Assembly: GCA_045124495.1 (NCBI GenBank) | Contig: JBGVLX010000051.1 | Location: 5,502-69,501, forward strand | From: Lachnospiraceae bacterium | GTDB taxonomy: Bacteria > Bacillota > Clostridia > Lachnospirales > Lachnospiraceae | Direction: 5' to 3' | DNA length: 64,000 bases | Part shown: piece by piece, positions 29,338-38,251 of the stretch | How the letters are laid out: every line of letters begins with the position of its first letter | How positions within the stretch are numbered: position 1 is the stretch's first letter | The notes under the pieces: model-generated | The model's database searches: none | The model's input: the letters and a program-made list of their open reading frames with translations, nothing else | Told to the model about the DNA's origin: nothing | Position numbers and translations under genes: made by a program

Positions 29338-30609
29338 TTATTTGCTTTCCAACAATTTATTCACACCTGCAAGTTTTACACACAAGCAGAACAATTCAAT
29401 TGCCTGGCTTAATTCGTCTAAAGATGGATAAGTTGGTGCAATACGGATATTGCTGTCTTTTGGATCCTTCTTATATGGGAATGTAGCACCGGCTCCAGTC
29501 ATAACAACACCGGCTTCTTTTGCAAGTCGAACAGTTTCTTTTGCACAGCCTTCTAATGTATCCAACGCAATAAAGTATCCACCTTTCGGACTACACCAGC
29601 TTGCTAAACCTGTATCTTTTAATTCTTTATCCAACTTTTCTAATACAAGTGAGAACTTAGGTTTTAATTCTTCTGCCAATTTTGCCATGTGCACCTTAAC
29701 ATTTTCAGCATTCTTAAAATATTTTACATGACGCAACTGGTTTAATTTATCATGACCGATTGTCTGAACCGTCATATGACTCTTAATTTCCTTGATATTA
29801 GCATCACTAGCTGCCATCATGGCAACACCTGCGCCTGGGAATGTAATCTTGGAAGTAGAGAAGAAATACATAATACGGTCTTCATTTCCGGCTTTTTTTG
29901 CCTCTGCAAAAATATCAAGTAAAGAAACTTCTTCAAAAATAGGATGCACTCCATAAGCATTATCCCAGAAAATTCTGAAATCAGAAGCTGCTGTTTTCAT
30001 AGATGCTAATCTCTTTACAGTTTCATCACTATAACAAATTCCCTGTGGATTTGAATACAATGGAACACACCAGATACCTTTGATACTGTCATCTTTTGCT
30101 GCCAACTCTTCTACCACATCCATATCCGGTCCATCCTGAAGCATAGGAACTGTAATCATTTCAACCCCTAAATCTTCACAAATAGCAAAATGTCTATCAT
30201 AACCCGGTGCAGGACATAAGAACTTAACTTTTTCTAATTTGCACCATGGAGTATTTCCCAACGCACCAAATAAAAACAATCTGGTGAAAGAGTCATACAT
30301 TAGATTCAAACTTGAATTTCCGCCAACGATAATATTTTTTTCTTCGATTCCGGTTAAATCAGAAAAAATCTTCTTCATTTCAGGAATACCATCAAGAACA
30401 CCATAGTTTCTCGCATCTAAACCTTCCTTTGTAGTATATTCTTCTAAAGAACCAAGCAAATCGTTCGTAATATCAAGCTGTGTTGGTGCAGGCTTTCCTC
30501 TTGACATATCTAAAGATAAATTTGCCTTCACATACTTATCATATTCTGCTTCCAATTCTTTTTTTAATGTCACTAATTCTTCTTTTGAATATTCTGTTAT
30601 TTTAGCCAT
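29338..30609 (-). CDS. PLP-dependent aminotransferase (fold type I, aspartate/alanine aminotransferase-like)
   Basis: Start ATG 30609 (MAKITEYSKEEL) follows GAAAGGA. The SKITFPGAG block contains the likely PLP lysine, and the size is about 423 aa. Confidence 0.8.
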   Translation of the reverse strand: MAKITEYSKEELVTLKKELEAEYDKYVKANLSLDMSRGKPAPTQLDITNDLLGSLEEYTTKEGLDARNYGVLDGIPEMKKIFSDLTGIEEKNIIVGGNSSLNLMYDSFTRLFLFGALGNTPWCKLEKVKFLCPAPGYDRHFAICEDLGVEMITVPMLQDGPDMDVVEELAAKDDSIKGIWCVPLYSNPQGICYSDETVKRLASMKTAASDFRIFWDNAYGVHPIFEEVSLLDIFAEAKKAGNEDRIMYFFSTSKITFPGAGVAMMAASDANIKEIKSHMTVQTIGHDKLNQLRHVKYFKNAENVKVHMAKLAEELKPKFSLVLEKLDKELKDTGLASWCSPKGGYFIALDTLEGCAKETVRLAKEAGVVMTGAGATFPYKKDPKDSNIRIAPTYPSLDELSQAIELFCLCVKLAGVNKLLESK

Positions 30610-30849
30610 TTTATTCTTTCCTTTCTTAGCTATGCGAAATTCTAATCCCATTTCACACTTTTCCTAATGATTTTACTTTTAAATTCAAAATGTGTCAATA
30701 TTTCATAGCTAAAAATTGATAGTTTTTTTCATCTTAAATTCTATTTTTTTATTTTTATCCATATATTACCATTTGTATTCCATATTTTCCTATACAATAT
30801 TCTTTTTTTGAACTTCTTTCACCAAATTATAAAATTATCATATATTGTA

Positions 30850-31653
30850 ATGAAACATTATTTTAGGGGGCGCATTTTGTTTTCTTATGACTTTGGAATT
30901 TTTCCCTTTGACAAAAGATACGATTATTTGGAACACCTGTTAAGTTCTCTTGGCAGCGTATCAAGAATCACCAGCCTTCAGCAATGTGAATTAGCAAAAC
31001 ACCTGATTTTACCTATTCCTTTTTCAAAAGCGAATATAGAACCTAAGTTTTTTTGTCACATATTAAATTCCAATCAGATTATATGGGGTGGATTATTTCC
31101 TGATTATATCACTGATTTTTGTCATCATCATGGTATCTACTGCTATGATTTCATGGAAAATGATGCTGTCGCAATCTATAATTCCATTGCCACAGCAGAA
31201 GGAGCAATCTGCGAAGCAATAAAAAAGAGTGATAAAAATCTTCATAATGCAAACTGTCTTGTTGTTGGATATGGACGTTGTGGTAAAACCCTGGCACATA
31301 AACTATCCGGGTTAAATGCAAATGTAACCATTTGTTCCACCAAAGATTCCCATATCAGCGAAGCTTATACTTTTGGATATCAGGTGGAAAAAACCTCTTC
31401 CCTTTCACATATTGTACAAAATTTTGACTATATTTTTAATACTGCACCAAAGATTCTTTTTACAAAAGAAGTAATTGCAAATTTAAGTAGTCAATGCATC
31501 TATTTAGAGCTTGCTTCCGTTCCTTATGGAATTGATTTTAATGAAGCAAAAACTCAAAACAAAAAAGCATTTCTCTGCCCAGGACTTCCCGGAATTTACT
31601 CCCCAGAATCCTGTGCGCAGATTTTATTTCAATATATAAAGGAAGCGATGTAA
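30850..31653 (+). CDS. dpaA: Dipicolinate synthase subunit A
   Basis: NDAVAIYNSIATAEGAI and the Rossmann motif VVGYGRCGKTLAHKL align with SpoVFA as I recall it. An alternative start is TTG 30877, 6 nt after AGGGGG. The ORF track start 30808 is unlikely. Confidence 0.85.
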   Translation: MKHYFRGRILFSYDFGIFPFDKRYDYLEHLLSSLGSVSRITSLQQCELAKHLILPIPFSKANIEPKFFCHILNSNQIIWGGLFPDYITDFCHHHGIYCYDFMENDAVAIYNSIATAEGAICEAIKKSDKNLHNANCLVVGYGRCGKTLAHKLSGLNANVTICSTKDSHISEAYTFGYQVEKTSSLSHIVQNFDYIFNTAPKILFTKEVIANLSSQCIYLELASVPYGIDFNEAKTQNKKAFLCPGLPGIYSPESCAQILFQYIKEAM

Positions 31654-31655
31654 TT

Positions 31656-32252
31656 TTGTCCATAAATGGTTTAAAAATTGGAATTGGTCTTACCGGATCC
31701 TTTTGTACTTTCGAAAAAACCTTTCAACTGTTAGAACAATTAAAAAAGGAAGGTGCCATAGTAACCACCGTGTTCTCTCCTCTTTCCCAAACTGTAAAAT
31801 GTCGTTTCGGAACCGGAGAAGAATTTCTTGAACGCGCCCATGAAATTACCGAAAAATCTCCTATTACAACAATATCCGGAGCAGAACCCATCGGTCCAAA
31901 ACACATGTTTGACATTTTTTTGATATTGCCCTGCACCGGAAATACTCTTGCGAAATTAGCAAATGGAATCGTAGACACCCCGGTTCTTATGGGAGCAAAA
32001 AGTCATTTAAGAAATGGAAATCCTTTGTTACTTTCTGTCTCCACCAACGACGGCCTCAGCATGAATTTTAAAAATATAGGACTATTAATGAACATGAAGC
32101 ATATCTTTTTCGTCCCTTTTTCCCAGGATAATCCGCAAGCAAAACCAAATTCATTGATTGCGAACTACGATATGCTGATTCCAAGCATCAATGCAGCCTT
32201 AGAGAACAGGCAGCTACAGCCCGTTCTATCACAGACAACAGAAAGGAAGTGA
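31656..32252 (+). CDS. dpaB: Dipicolinate synthase subunit B (flavoprotein)
   Basis: 198 aa. LKIGIGLTGSFCTF is the N-terminal flavoprotein motif typical of SpoVFB. TTG start 2 nt after the dpaA stop. Confidence 0.88.
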   Translation: MSINGLKIGIGLTGSFCTFEKTFQLLEQLKKEGAIVTTVFSPLSQTVKCRFGTGEEFLERAHEITEKSPITTISGAEPIGPKHMFDIFLILPCTGNTLAKLANGIVDTPVLMGAKSHLRNGNPLLLSVSTNDGLSMNFKNIGLLMNMKHIFFVPFSQDNPQAKPNSLIANYDMLIPSINAALENRQLQPVLSQTTERK

Positions 32253-32257
32253 AATTA

Positions 32258-34102
32258 ATGTGTGGTATTGCCGGATTTGCCAATCTAAGCAATAATTTTC
32301 AAAATAGAGAAATCCAATCAAGAAATATAATCGACAAAATGAAAGATGCCCTTGGGCACCGTGGTCCCGATGACCGTGGAACCTACCTTGGAAAACATGC
32401 AGTTTTAGGTCATACCCGTCTTAGCATCATTGACTTATTAACGGGACATCTGCCTCTTACCAGAATGTTTCGTGGTGCAAGATTTACAATTACCTACAAC
32501 GGCGAAATCTATAACATGAAACCTCTAAAAAATGAATTGATAAAACTAGGCTACGATTTTATTACCGGTAGTGATGCGGAAGTGGCATTGATTGCATACA
32601 TTGCTTACAAAGAAGAATTTATCACGAAATTAAATGGTATTTTTTCTTTCGCCATTTATGATGAAGAAAAAGAAAGTCTTTTATTATTTCGAGACCAACT
32701 GGGTGTGAAACCTTGCTTTTATGTTTACCAAAATGACACCCTGTATTTTGCCTCAGAAATCAAGGCATTGTTTGCCCATCCGGACATTCATCCTGTTCTG
32801 GATTCCAAAGGTCTTACGAAACTACTGGCCCTTGGACCTGCCAGACCTTGCGGAGATGGGATTTTTCAAAATGTATTAGAAATCCTTCCCGGACACTATC
32901 TGGAATTTAACAAAAGCGGGCTTTTTGACCATTGCTATTGGACTTTAAAAGCAAAAAAACATAAAGACTCCTACAAAGAAACCGTAGAAAAAGTTCGTTT
33001 TCTTCTGGAAGATTCTGTAAAACTTCAATTACTGTCTGATGTTCCAATCAGTACCTTCCTATCTGGTGGCGTTGATTCCAGCATTGTGACAGCAATCGCT
33101 GCAAGAGAATTAAAAAAAGAAGGAACTCCCTTAAGCACCTATTCTTTTGATTTTACAGATAATCAAAAGTATTATCAGCAAAACGCCTTCCAGCCAAGTT
33201 TAGATCGTCCTTTTGTAGATATTATGGTAAATGAATATCATACCAACCATACTTATCTTGAATGTGATTATACTTCATTATTCGACCATCTGGTTCCAGC
33301 CACCTTGGCTAGAGATTTTCCTTGTATGGCTGATGTAGAAGCTTCTTTACTTTATTTTTGTAGGCTGGTTTCCCAAAATCATAAAGTAACACTAACCGGC
33401 GAATGTGCAGACGAAATCTTCGGTGGCTATCCTTGGTTTTTAAGATACCAGACAGAAGAATTTGACAATTTCCCATGGTCAAATGACATGTCCTCCCGGG
33501 CTTTATTATTAAATAACGACCTTGCACAACTTCCACTGTTAGAATGTTCGAAAGAACATTATCAAAATACCCTATCGGAAGCTCCTATCTGCGAAGAAGA
33601 TTTGGAAAATAATAAAATCCGGCAAATATCATACTTAAACATGCGCTGGTTTATGATTACTTTACTGGAAAGAATGGACCGGACCAGTATGAATAGCGGA
33701 TTAGAGGCAAGGGTACCTTTTGCTGACTATAGAATTGTAGAATACCTTTACAATATTCCATGGGAAATGAAAGCCCATAATGGTAAAGAAAAAGGATTAT
33801 TACGGGATGCTTTTTCCGACTTACTACCAGAACAAATTTTAAACCGAAAAAAAAGTCCTTATCCTAAAACATACCATCCGGCTTATGAAATGCGTCTGAA
33901 AGAAGAGCTATTAAATCTAATCAAAGACAGTAGTCAGCCAATCAATCAGATTCTGGATCGCAAAAAAGTGTTAAAGGTTATGGGAACCGATTTAGATTAC
34001 TGTCATCCATGGTATGGCCAGCTTATGGCAGGACCACAGCTATTGGCTTATTATATTCAAATGAATGCATGGCTTAAAGTAATCAATCCAACCTTTGTGT
34101 AA
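32258..34102 (+). CDS. asnB: Asparagine synthase (glutamine-hydrolysing), AsnB/AsnO family
   Basis: MCGIAGF Ntn nucleophile Cys2 (ATG 32258, SD GAAAGGAAG). SGGVDSS PP-loop in the synthetase domain. It starts 5 nt after the dpaB stop. Confidence 0.9.
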   Translation: MCGIAGFANLSNNFQNREIQSRNIIDKMKDALGHRGPDDRGTYLGKHAVLGHTRLSIIDLLTGHLPLTRMFRGARFTITYNGEIYNMKPLKNELIKLGYDFITGSDAEVALIAYIAYKEEFITKLNGIFSFAIYDEEKESLLLFRDQLGVKPCFYVYQNDTLYFASEIKALFAHPDIHPVLDSKGLTKLLALGPARPCGDGIFQNVLEILPGHYLEFNKSGLFDHCYWTLKAKKHKDSYKETVEKVRFLLEDSVKLQLLSDVPISTFLSGGVDSSIVTAIAARELKKEGTPLSTYSFDFTDNQKYYQQNAFQPSLDRPFVDIMVNEYHTNHTYLECDYTSLFDHLVPATLARDFPCMADVEASLLYFCRLVSQNHKVTLTGECADEIFGGYPWFLRYQTEEFDNFPWSNDMSSRALLLNNDLAQLPLLECSKEHYQNTLSEAPICEEDLENNKIRQISYLNMRWFMITLLERMDRTSMNSGLEARVPFADYRIVEYLYNIPWEMKAHNGKEKGLLRDAFSDLLPEQILNRKKSPYPKTYHPAYEMRLKEELLNLIKDSSQPINQILDRKKVLKVMGTDLDYCHPWYGQLMAGPQLLAYYIQMNAWLKVINPTFV

Positions 34103-34121
34103 CCTGAACTATTACAAGTAA

Positions 34122-34157
34122 AACTGCCCCTGCAAGTACAACTTGTCAAGGGCAGTT
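34122..34157 (+). terminator. Hairpin after asnB
   Basis: AACTGCCC...GGGCAGTT outer stem with an inner CAAGT/ACTTG stem. The T tail is weak. Confidence 0.45.
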
Positions 34158-34278
34158 AATATATGGTAAATTCCGTAAATTTTTTGTTGCACAATAAATT
34201 ACGCGATACAAAAAAGAAACTGTATCATCCTATAAGGTCGAAGGCCAAAGGTATTTTTGCTCCTATGAAACCTACGGA

Positions 34279-35616
34279 TTAATCATTTATACTTAAAAAC
34301 GCCTGATATCCTTTTACTGCTTCTTCCAAATCTTTTTTGCTTGTGACCTCCCAAGGAGAATGCATACTTAAAACAGCAATTCCGCTATCAATTACATTCA
34401 TTCCATACAAAGCCATAATATAAGCAATGGTTCCACCGCCGCCTGCATCTACTTTTCCAAGTTCCGCAGTTTGATACTTTACTTCTGCTTCATCCAATAC
34501 CTTACGAAGTTTTGCAATATATTCTCCATTGGCATCATTGGAACCGGATTTACCACGGGAGCCGGTATATTTATTAAATACCAGTCCTTTTCCTAAAAAT
34601 GCTGCATTTCTCTTATCAAAAGAACCTGCATACAAAGGATCAAAACCTGCGCTTACATCGGAAGATAACATATTGGAATTTGCCAGTGTTCTTCTTAAAG
34701 TTAGTTCAGAAAATCCTCCCATCAATTCCAATATTTCAGCAATAAAGTTCTCGAAGAATTTAGACTGCATTCCGGTTGCACCTACACTTCCAATTTCCTC
34801 TTTATCTACCAAAAGACAGCATGCAGTTTTTTCTACTTTTTCTGTTTCTAAAAATCCCACAAGAGACGTAAATGCACAAACTCTGTCATCCTGTCCATAT
34901 CCGATTACCATACTTCGGTCAAGTCCTAAATCTCTGGATTTTCCGGCTGGTACCACTTCTAATTCCGCTGAAAGGAAATCTTTTTCCTCAATTCCGTATT
35001 GTTCCTTTAATATATTTAACACATTTTTCTTTACAGTTTCTTTTTCTTCTTTTCCTAAGTCTTCCAATGCATTTAGACCAATTAATACATCCAGATGCTC
35101 GCCTTCAATTACCTTTGCAGCTTTCTTTTCCATCTGCTCCCCAGCTAGATGAATCAATAAATCCGTAATGCAAAAAACAGGATCCTCCTCTTTTTCACCT
35201 ATGGAAATTTCAACTACCTCACCATCTTTTTTTGCAACCACTCCGTGAATTGCTAAAGGCAGTGTAACCCATTGATACTTCTTAATTCCACCATAATAAT
35301 GGGTATCAAAATAAGCAAATCCACCTTCTTCATATAATGGATTCTGCTTCAAATCCAATCTAGGAGAATCAATGTGTGCCCCAAGAATATTCATTCCCTT
35401 TTCCATTGGAACAGTTCCAATTTGAAATAAAGCAATTGCTTTCTTCATATAAGTGGCATAAATCTTATCCCCTGCCTTTATGGGTGTTTTATTTTCGATA
35501 AAATCAGTTAAATTCTTATATCCTTTTTCTTTTGCCATCTTAACCGCACGGGTAACACATTCTCTCTCCGTCTTCCCTTGGTCCAAAAACTCCTTATATT
35601 CTTTTGCAATCTCCAT
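34279..35616 (-). CDS. M18-family aminopeptidase (aspartyl aminopeptidase-like)
   Basis: 445 aa. LGAHIDSPRLDLK and the later Asp/Glu/His metal-ligand blocks are typical of the M18 family. Confidence 0.8.
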   Translation of the reverse strand: MEIAKEYKEFLDQGKTERECVTRAVKMAKEKGYKNLTDFIENKTPIKAGDKIYATYMKKAIALFQIGTVPMEKGMNILGAHIDSPRLDLKQNPLYEEGGFAYFDTHYYGGIKKYQWVTLPLAIHGVVAKKDGEVVEISIGEKEEDPVFCITDLLIHLAGEQMEKKAAKVIEGEHLDVLIGLNALEDLGKEEKETVKKNVLNILKEQYGIEEKDFLSAELEVVPAGKSRDLGLDRSMVIGYGQDDRVCAFTSLVGFLETEKVEKTACCLLVDKEEIGSVGATGMQSKFFENFIAEILELMGGFSELTLRRTLANSNMLSSDVSAGFDPLYAGSFDKRNAAFLGKGLVFNKYTGSRGKSGSNDANGEYIAKLRKVLDEAEVKYQTAELGKVDAGGGGTIAYIMALYGMNVIDSGIAVLSMHSPWEVTSKKDLEEAVKGYQAFLSIND

Positions 35617-35718
35617 CTAAGTCATCCTTTCTAATAATTTTAATATCAATCATACTACGAATAGATGCATTGTGATAAATCTTACACAATTTACAAAACC
35701 TACGAAAACCATTCCTTT

Positions 35719-35744
35719 GTAACTGTTCTCAAGTGAACAGTTAC
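35719..35744. repeat. Family A palindromic element (GTAACTGTTC-TCAAGT-GAACAGTTAC)
   Basis: 10-bp perfect arms, flanked by the direct repeat ATTCCTTT at 35711-35718 and 35745-35752. Confidence 0.85.
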
Positions 35745-35860
35745 ATTCCTTTACTTTGTAAATGAACAATTTCTTATGATTTTTATATATCCTACCCATA
35801 TTTTGCTACAAAAACGACAGATATATGAATATATATCTGTCATTTTTCATACTATTTCAA

Positions 35861-37612
35861 TTATTGTCTTACTTTTATATGAACTTCACGCAATTGTTGC
35901 TCTGAAACTTCACCTGGAGCCCCACACATTAAGTCCTGAGCATTACCATTCATCGGGAATGCAATGACTTCACGAATATTTTCTTCATTTCTTAAAAGCA
36001 TAATCATACGATCTACACCAGGAGCCATACCTGCATGTGGTGGAGCACCATATTGGAATGCATTATATAATGCACCGAATTTTTCTTTCAAATCTTCTTC
36101 CTGATATCCTGCAATTTCAAATGCCTTAACCATAATATCTAAATTATGGTTACGAACTGCACCAGAAGATAATTCCACACCATTACATACAATATCATAC
36201 TGATATGCAAGAATGTCTAACGGATCTTTTGTATTTAATGCTTCTAATCCACCTTGAGGCATAGAGAACGGATTATGGGTAAAGATAATTTTCTTTGCTT
36301 CTGCATCATATTCAAACATTGGGAAATCATTGATAAAGCAGAAACGATACGCATTCTTTTCTAATAAATCCAAACGTTCTCCTAATTCCGTACGTAACTG
36401 ACCTGCATACAAAGCAGCCTTTTCTTCTTTATCTGCAATAAAGAAAATAGTATCGCCGGCTTCTAATCCTGCAATCTCAGCAATTTCTCCCTTTTTCTCC
36501 TCAGGGATAAATTTATCAATTGGTCCCTTATAACTTAAATCCTCTTTTACTTCTAAATATCCTAAACCACCCATACCAATAGAGGTAGCAAATTTCAATA
36601 ATTTTTCATGAAATCCCTTAGACATATCCGCATGCACCTTAATAGCACGAACTGTTTTTCCGTGGAATGGTTTAAAGGTACATTCCTGGAAGAAATCCGT
36701 TACATCTACGATTCTTAATGGATTTCGTAAATCCGGCTTATCTGTACCGAATTCCAACATTGCCTGACGGTAGCTAATTACAGGATAAGGTGCTTTGGTT
36801 ACACTGGCACCTTCCGGAGCAAACTTTTCAAAAGTAGCAGTTAATACTTCTTCTCCCACACGGAATACATCTTCCTGAGTTGCAAAACTCATTTCAAAGT
36901 CTAACTGATAGAATTCTCCCGGTGAACGGTCCGCACGGGCATCTTCATCACGGAAACAAGGTGCAATCTGGAAATATTTATCAAATCCGGACACCATTAA
37001 TAATTGCTTATATTGTTGAGGTGCCTGTGGCAATGCGTAGAATTTTCCTTTAAATTTACGGGAAGGTACAATATAGTCTCTTGCCCCTTCCGGAGAGGAT
37101 GCACATAAAATAGGAGTCTGAATTTCTAAAAATCCCATTTCTGTCATTTTCTCTCTTAAAAAACTAATCACATTAGAGCGGAATATAATATTATCCTTCA
37201 CCTTTTTATTTCTTAAATCCAGATAACGATATTTTAAACGAAGGTCTTCACGAATTTCTTTGGAAGTCATTACTTCGAAAGGAAGCTGTTTATAAACCTT
37301 TCCTAATACTTCAACTTTATGTGCTTCTAATTCAATGGTACCAGTAGGTATCTTATCATTATATGTTTCTTCATCTCTATGCTGAATTAAACCTTCTACG
37401 CTGATACAGTCTTCTTTATTCAATCCATTCAGTAAGCTGGTATCACGCATAACCACCTGCATAATTCCATACATATCTCTTAAATCAATAAAAGAAACTC
37501 CACCATGATCACGGATATTTTCTACCCATCCGGCAATTTTTAAAGTTTGTCCTACATTGGACTCTGAAATCTGATCCATTGTTGTGTTACGATAAATGTT
37601 TGATGTACTCAT
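35861..37612 (-). CDS. aspS: Aspartate--tRNA ligase
   Basis: 583 aa. Class II motifs (FRDED, GGLGY region, QYGAPPHAGMAPGVDR) and an N-terminal OB anticodon-binding domain. Confidence 0.97.
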   Translation of the reverse strand: MSTSNIYRNTTMDQISESNVGQTLKIAGWVENIRDHGGVSFIDLRDMYGIMQVVMRDTSLLNGLNKEDCISVEGLIQHRDEETYNDKIPTGTIELEAHKVEVLGKVYKQLPFEVMTSKEIREDLRLKYRYLDLRNKKVKDNIIFRSNVISFLREKMTEMGFLEIQTPILCASSPEGARDYIVPSRKFKGKFYALPQAPQQYKQLLMVSGFDKYFQIAPCFRDEDARADRSPGEFYQLDFEMSFATQEDVFRVGEEVLTATFEKFAPEGASVTKAPYPVISYRQAMLEFGTDKPDLRNPLRIVDVTDFFQECTFKPFHGKTVRAIKVHADMSKGFHEKLLKFATSIGMGGLGYLEVKEDLSYKGPIDKFIPEEKKGEIAEIAGLEAGDTIFFIADKEEKAALYAGQLRTELGERLDLLEKNAYRFCFINDFPMFEYDAEAKKIIFTHNPFSMPQGGLEALNTKDPLDILAYQYDIVCNGVELSSGAVRNHNLDIMVKAFEIAGYQEEDLKEKFGALYNAFQYGAPPHAGMAPGVDRMIMLLRNEENIREVIAFPMNGNAQDLMCGAPGEVSEQQLREVHIKVRQ

Positions 37613-37703
37613 AACTTCTTCCTTTCTTATTCTGAAATTTTATCTAAAAACGGAGCGGGAAATTTTTATTTATAGAATATTCCATTGATTTTTCTTCACA
37701 AAT

Positions 37704-37960
37704 AAAAAAATCCGCCCTAAACAAAATGTTCAGGACGAACAAAATATGTCCGCGGTACCACCTGACTTACTGATTTCCAGTCGCTTACCGGTTAAAAACC
37801 TTGTTGTGTTACGTACAACCACGTCGCACCTACTAATATATTACCTTACGTTCGGATTGCAGCTCTTAAGTGTTATTCATGTAAATTCATTCTGTGAGGA
37901 TTCCACCCTCCCTCACTCTCTGAAAGCGATAATCTACACTACTTCTCTTCGTCATAGCCT
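37704..37960 (-). promoter_or_regulatory. T-box riboswitch leader of aspS
   Basis: Minus-sense elements: GGCUAUGACGAAGAGAAGUAG (GA/K-turn plus AGUA), CAGAGAG bulge, and a GGGUGGAAU distal loop. The T-box sequence AGGUGGUACCGCG is at 37763-37751. Antiterminator helices are UCAGG/CCUGA and GCGGAC/GUUCGU. The terminator is UCGUCCUGA...UUAGGGCGGA followed by U7. Confidence 0.9.
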
Positions 37961-38017
37961 TTTTCTTTTATAAACATTACCCATACTTTTCTAAGAAGCA
38001 GGTTTTTTATAACAGTT

Positions 38018-38046
38018 ATTATAGCCTAGCATATTTCAATTGTCAA
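38018..38046 (-). promoter_or_regulatory. Consensus sigma-A promoter of the aspS leader
   Basis: Minus sense TTGACA (38046-38041), 17-nt spacer, TATAAT (38023-38018). Confidence 0.75.
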
Positions 38047-38059
38047 CCAATAACTTTTC

Positions 38060-38240
38060 GTTGCTGTTCACCTGTAAACGTAACGTAACTGTTCACACGT
38101 GAACAGTTACGTATTGGTTTCTGCATGCAAATTCGCTTCGCAAAGCAGAAACCAACCCCTGAATCATGCTACTACGTAACCTGACAACCAGTGTCAGGTT
38201 ACTGAGCGAACACTAACAACGTAACCACTAACACAGTTAC
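38060..38240. repeat. Array of five consecutive hairpins, including two family A copies
   Basis: 38060-38084 is a degenerate family A copy. 38083-38112 is a perfect 14+14 palindrome, ACGTAACTGTTCAC/GTGAACAGTTACGT. 38114-38155 is an 11-bp stem, TTGGTTTCTGC/GCAGAAACCAA. 38176-38202 is an 11-bp stem, GTAACCTGACA/TGTCAGGTTAC. 38221-38240 is GTAAC...GTTAC. Confidence 0.85.
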
Positions 38241-38251
38241 AAATTTCTCTC

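Noticed and set aside
34529-35152. 207-aa plus-strand ORF (and 34872..35168) inside the M18 aminopeptidase gene
   Set aside because: It is antisense to a well-supported gene, has a low-complexity Ser/Pro/Phe-rich translation and no SD. This is a typical shadow ORF. The same reasoning applies to 25535..25879, 58309..58866, 60455..60862, 6389..6757, 55228..55575, 39089..39430 and the other antisense ORFs in the track.
37746-37973. 75-aa plus-strand ORF upstream of aspS
   Set aside because: It lies entirely within the minus-strand T-box leader, which explains the conservation-like structure of the region.
38083-38112. Family A palindrome as a LexA (Cheo box) or other SOS operator
   Set aside because: The Firmicute LexA box is GAAC-N4-GTTC. 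The element has the opposite arrangement (GTTC-N6-GAAC), and its copies lie at gene 3' ends rather than at promoters.
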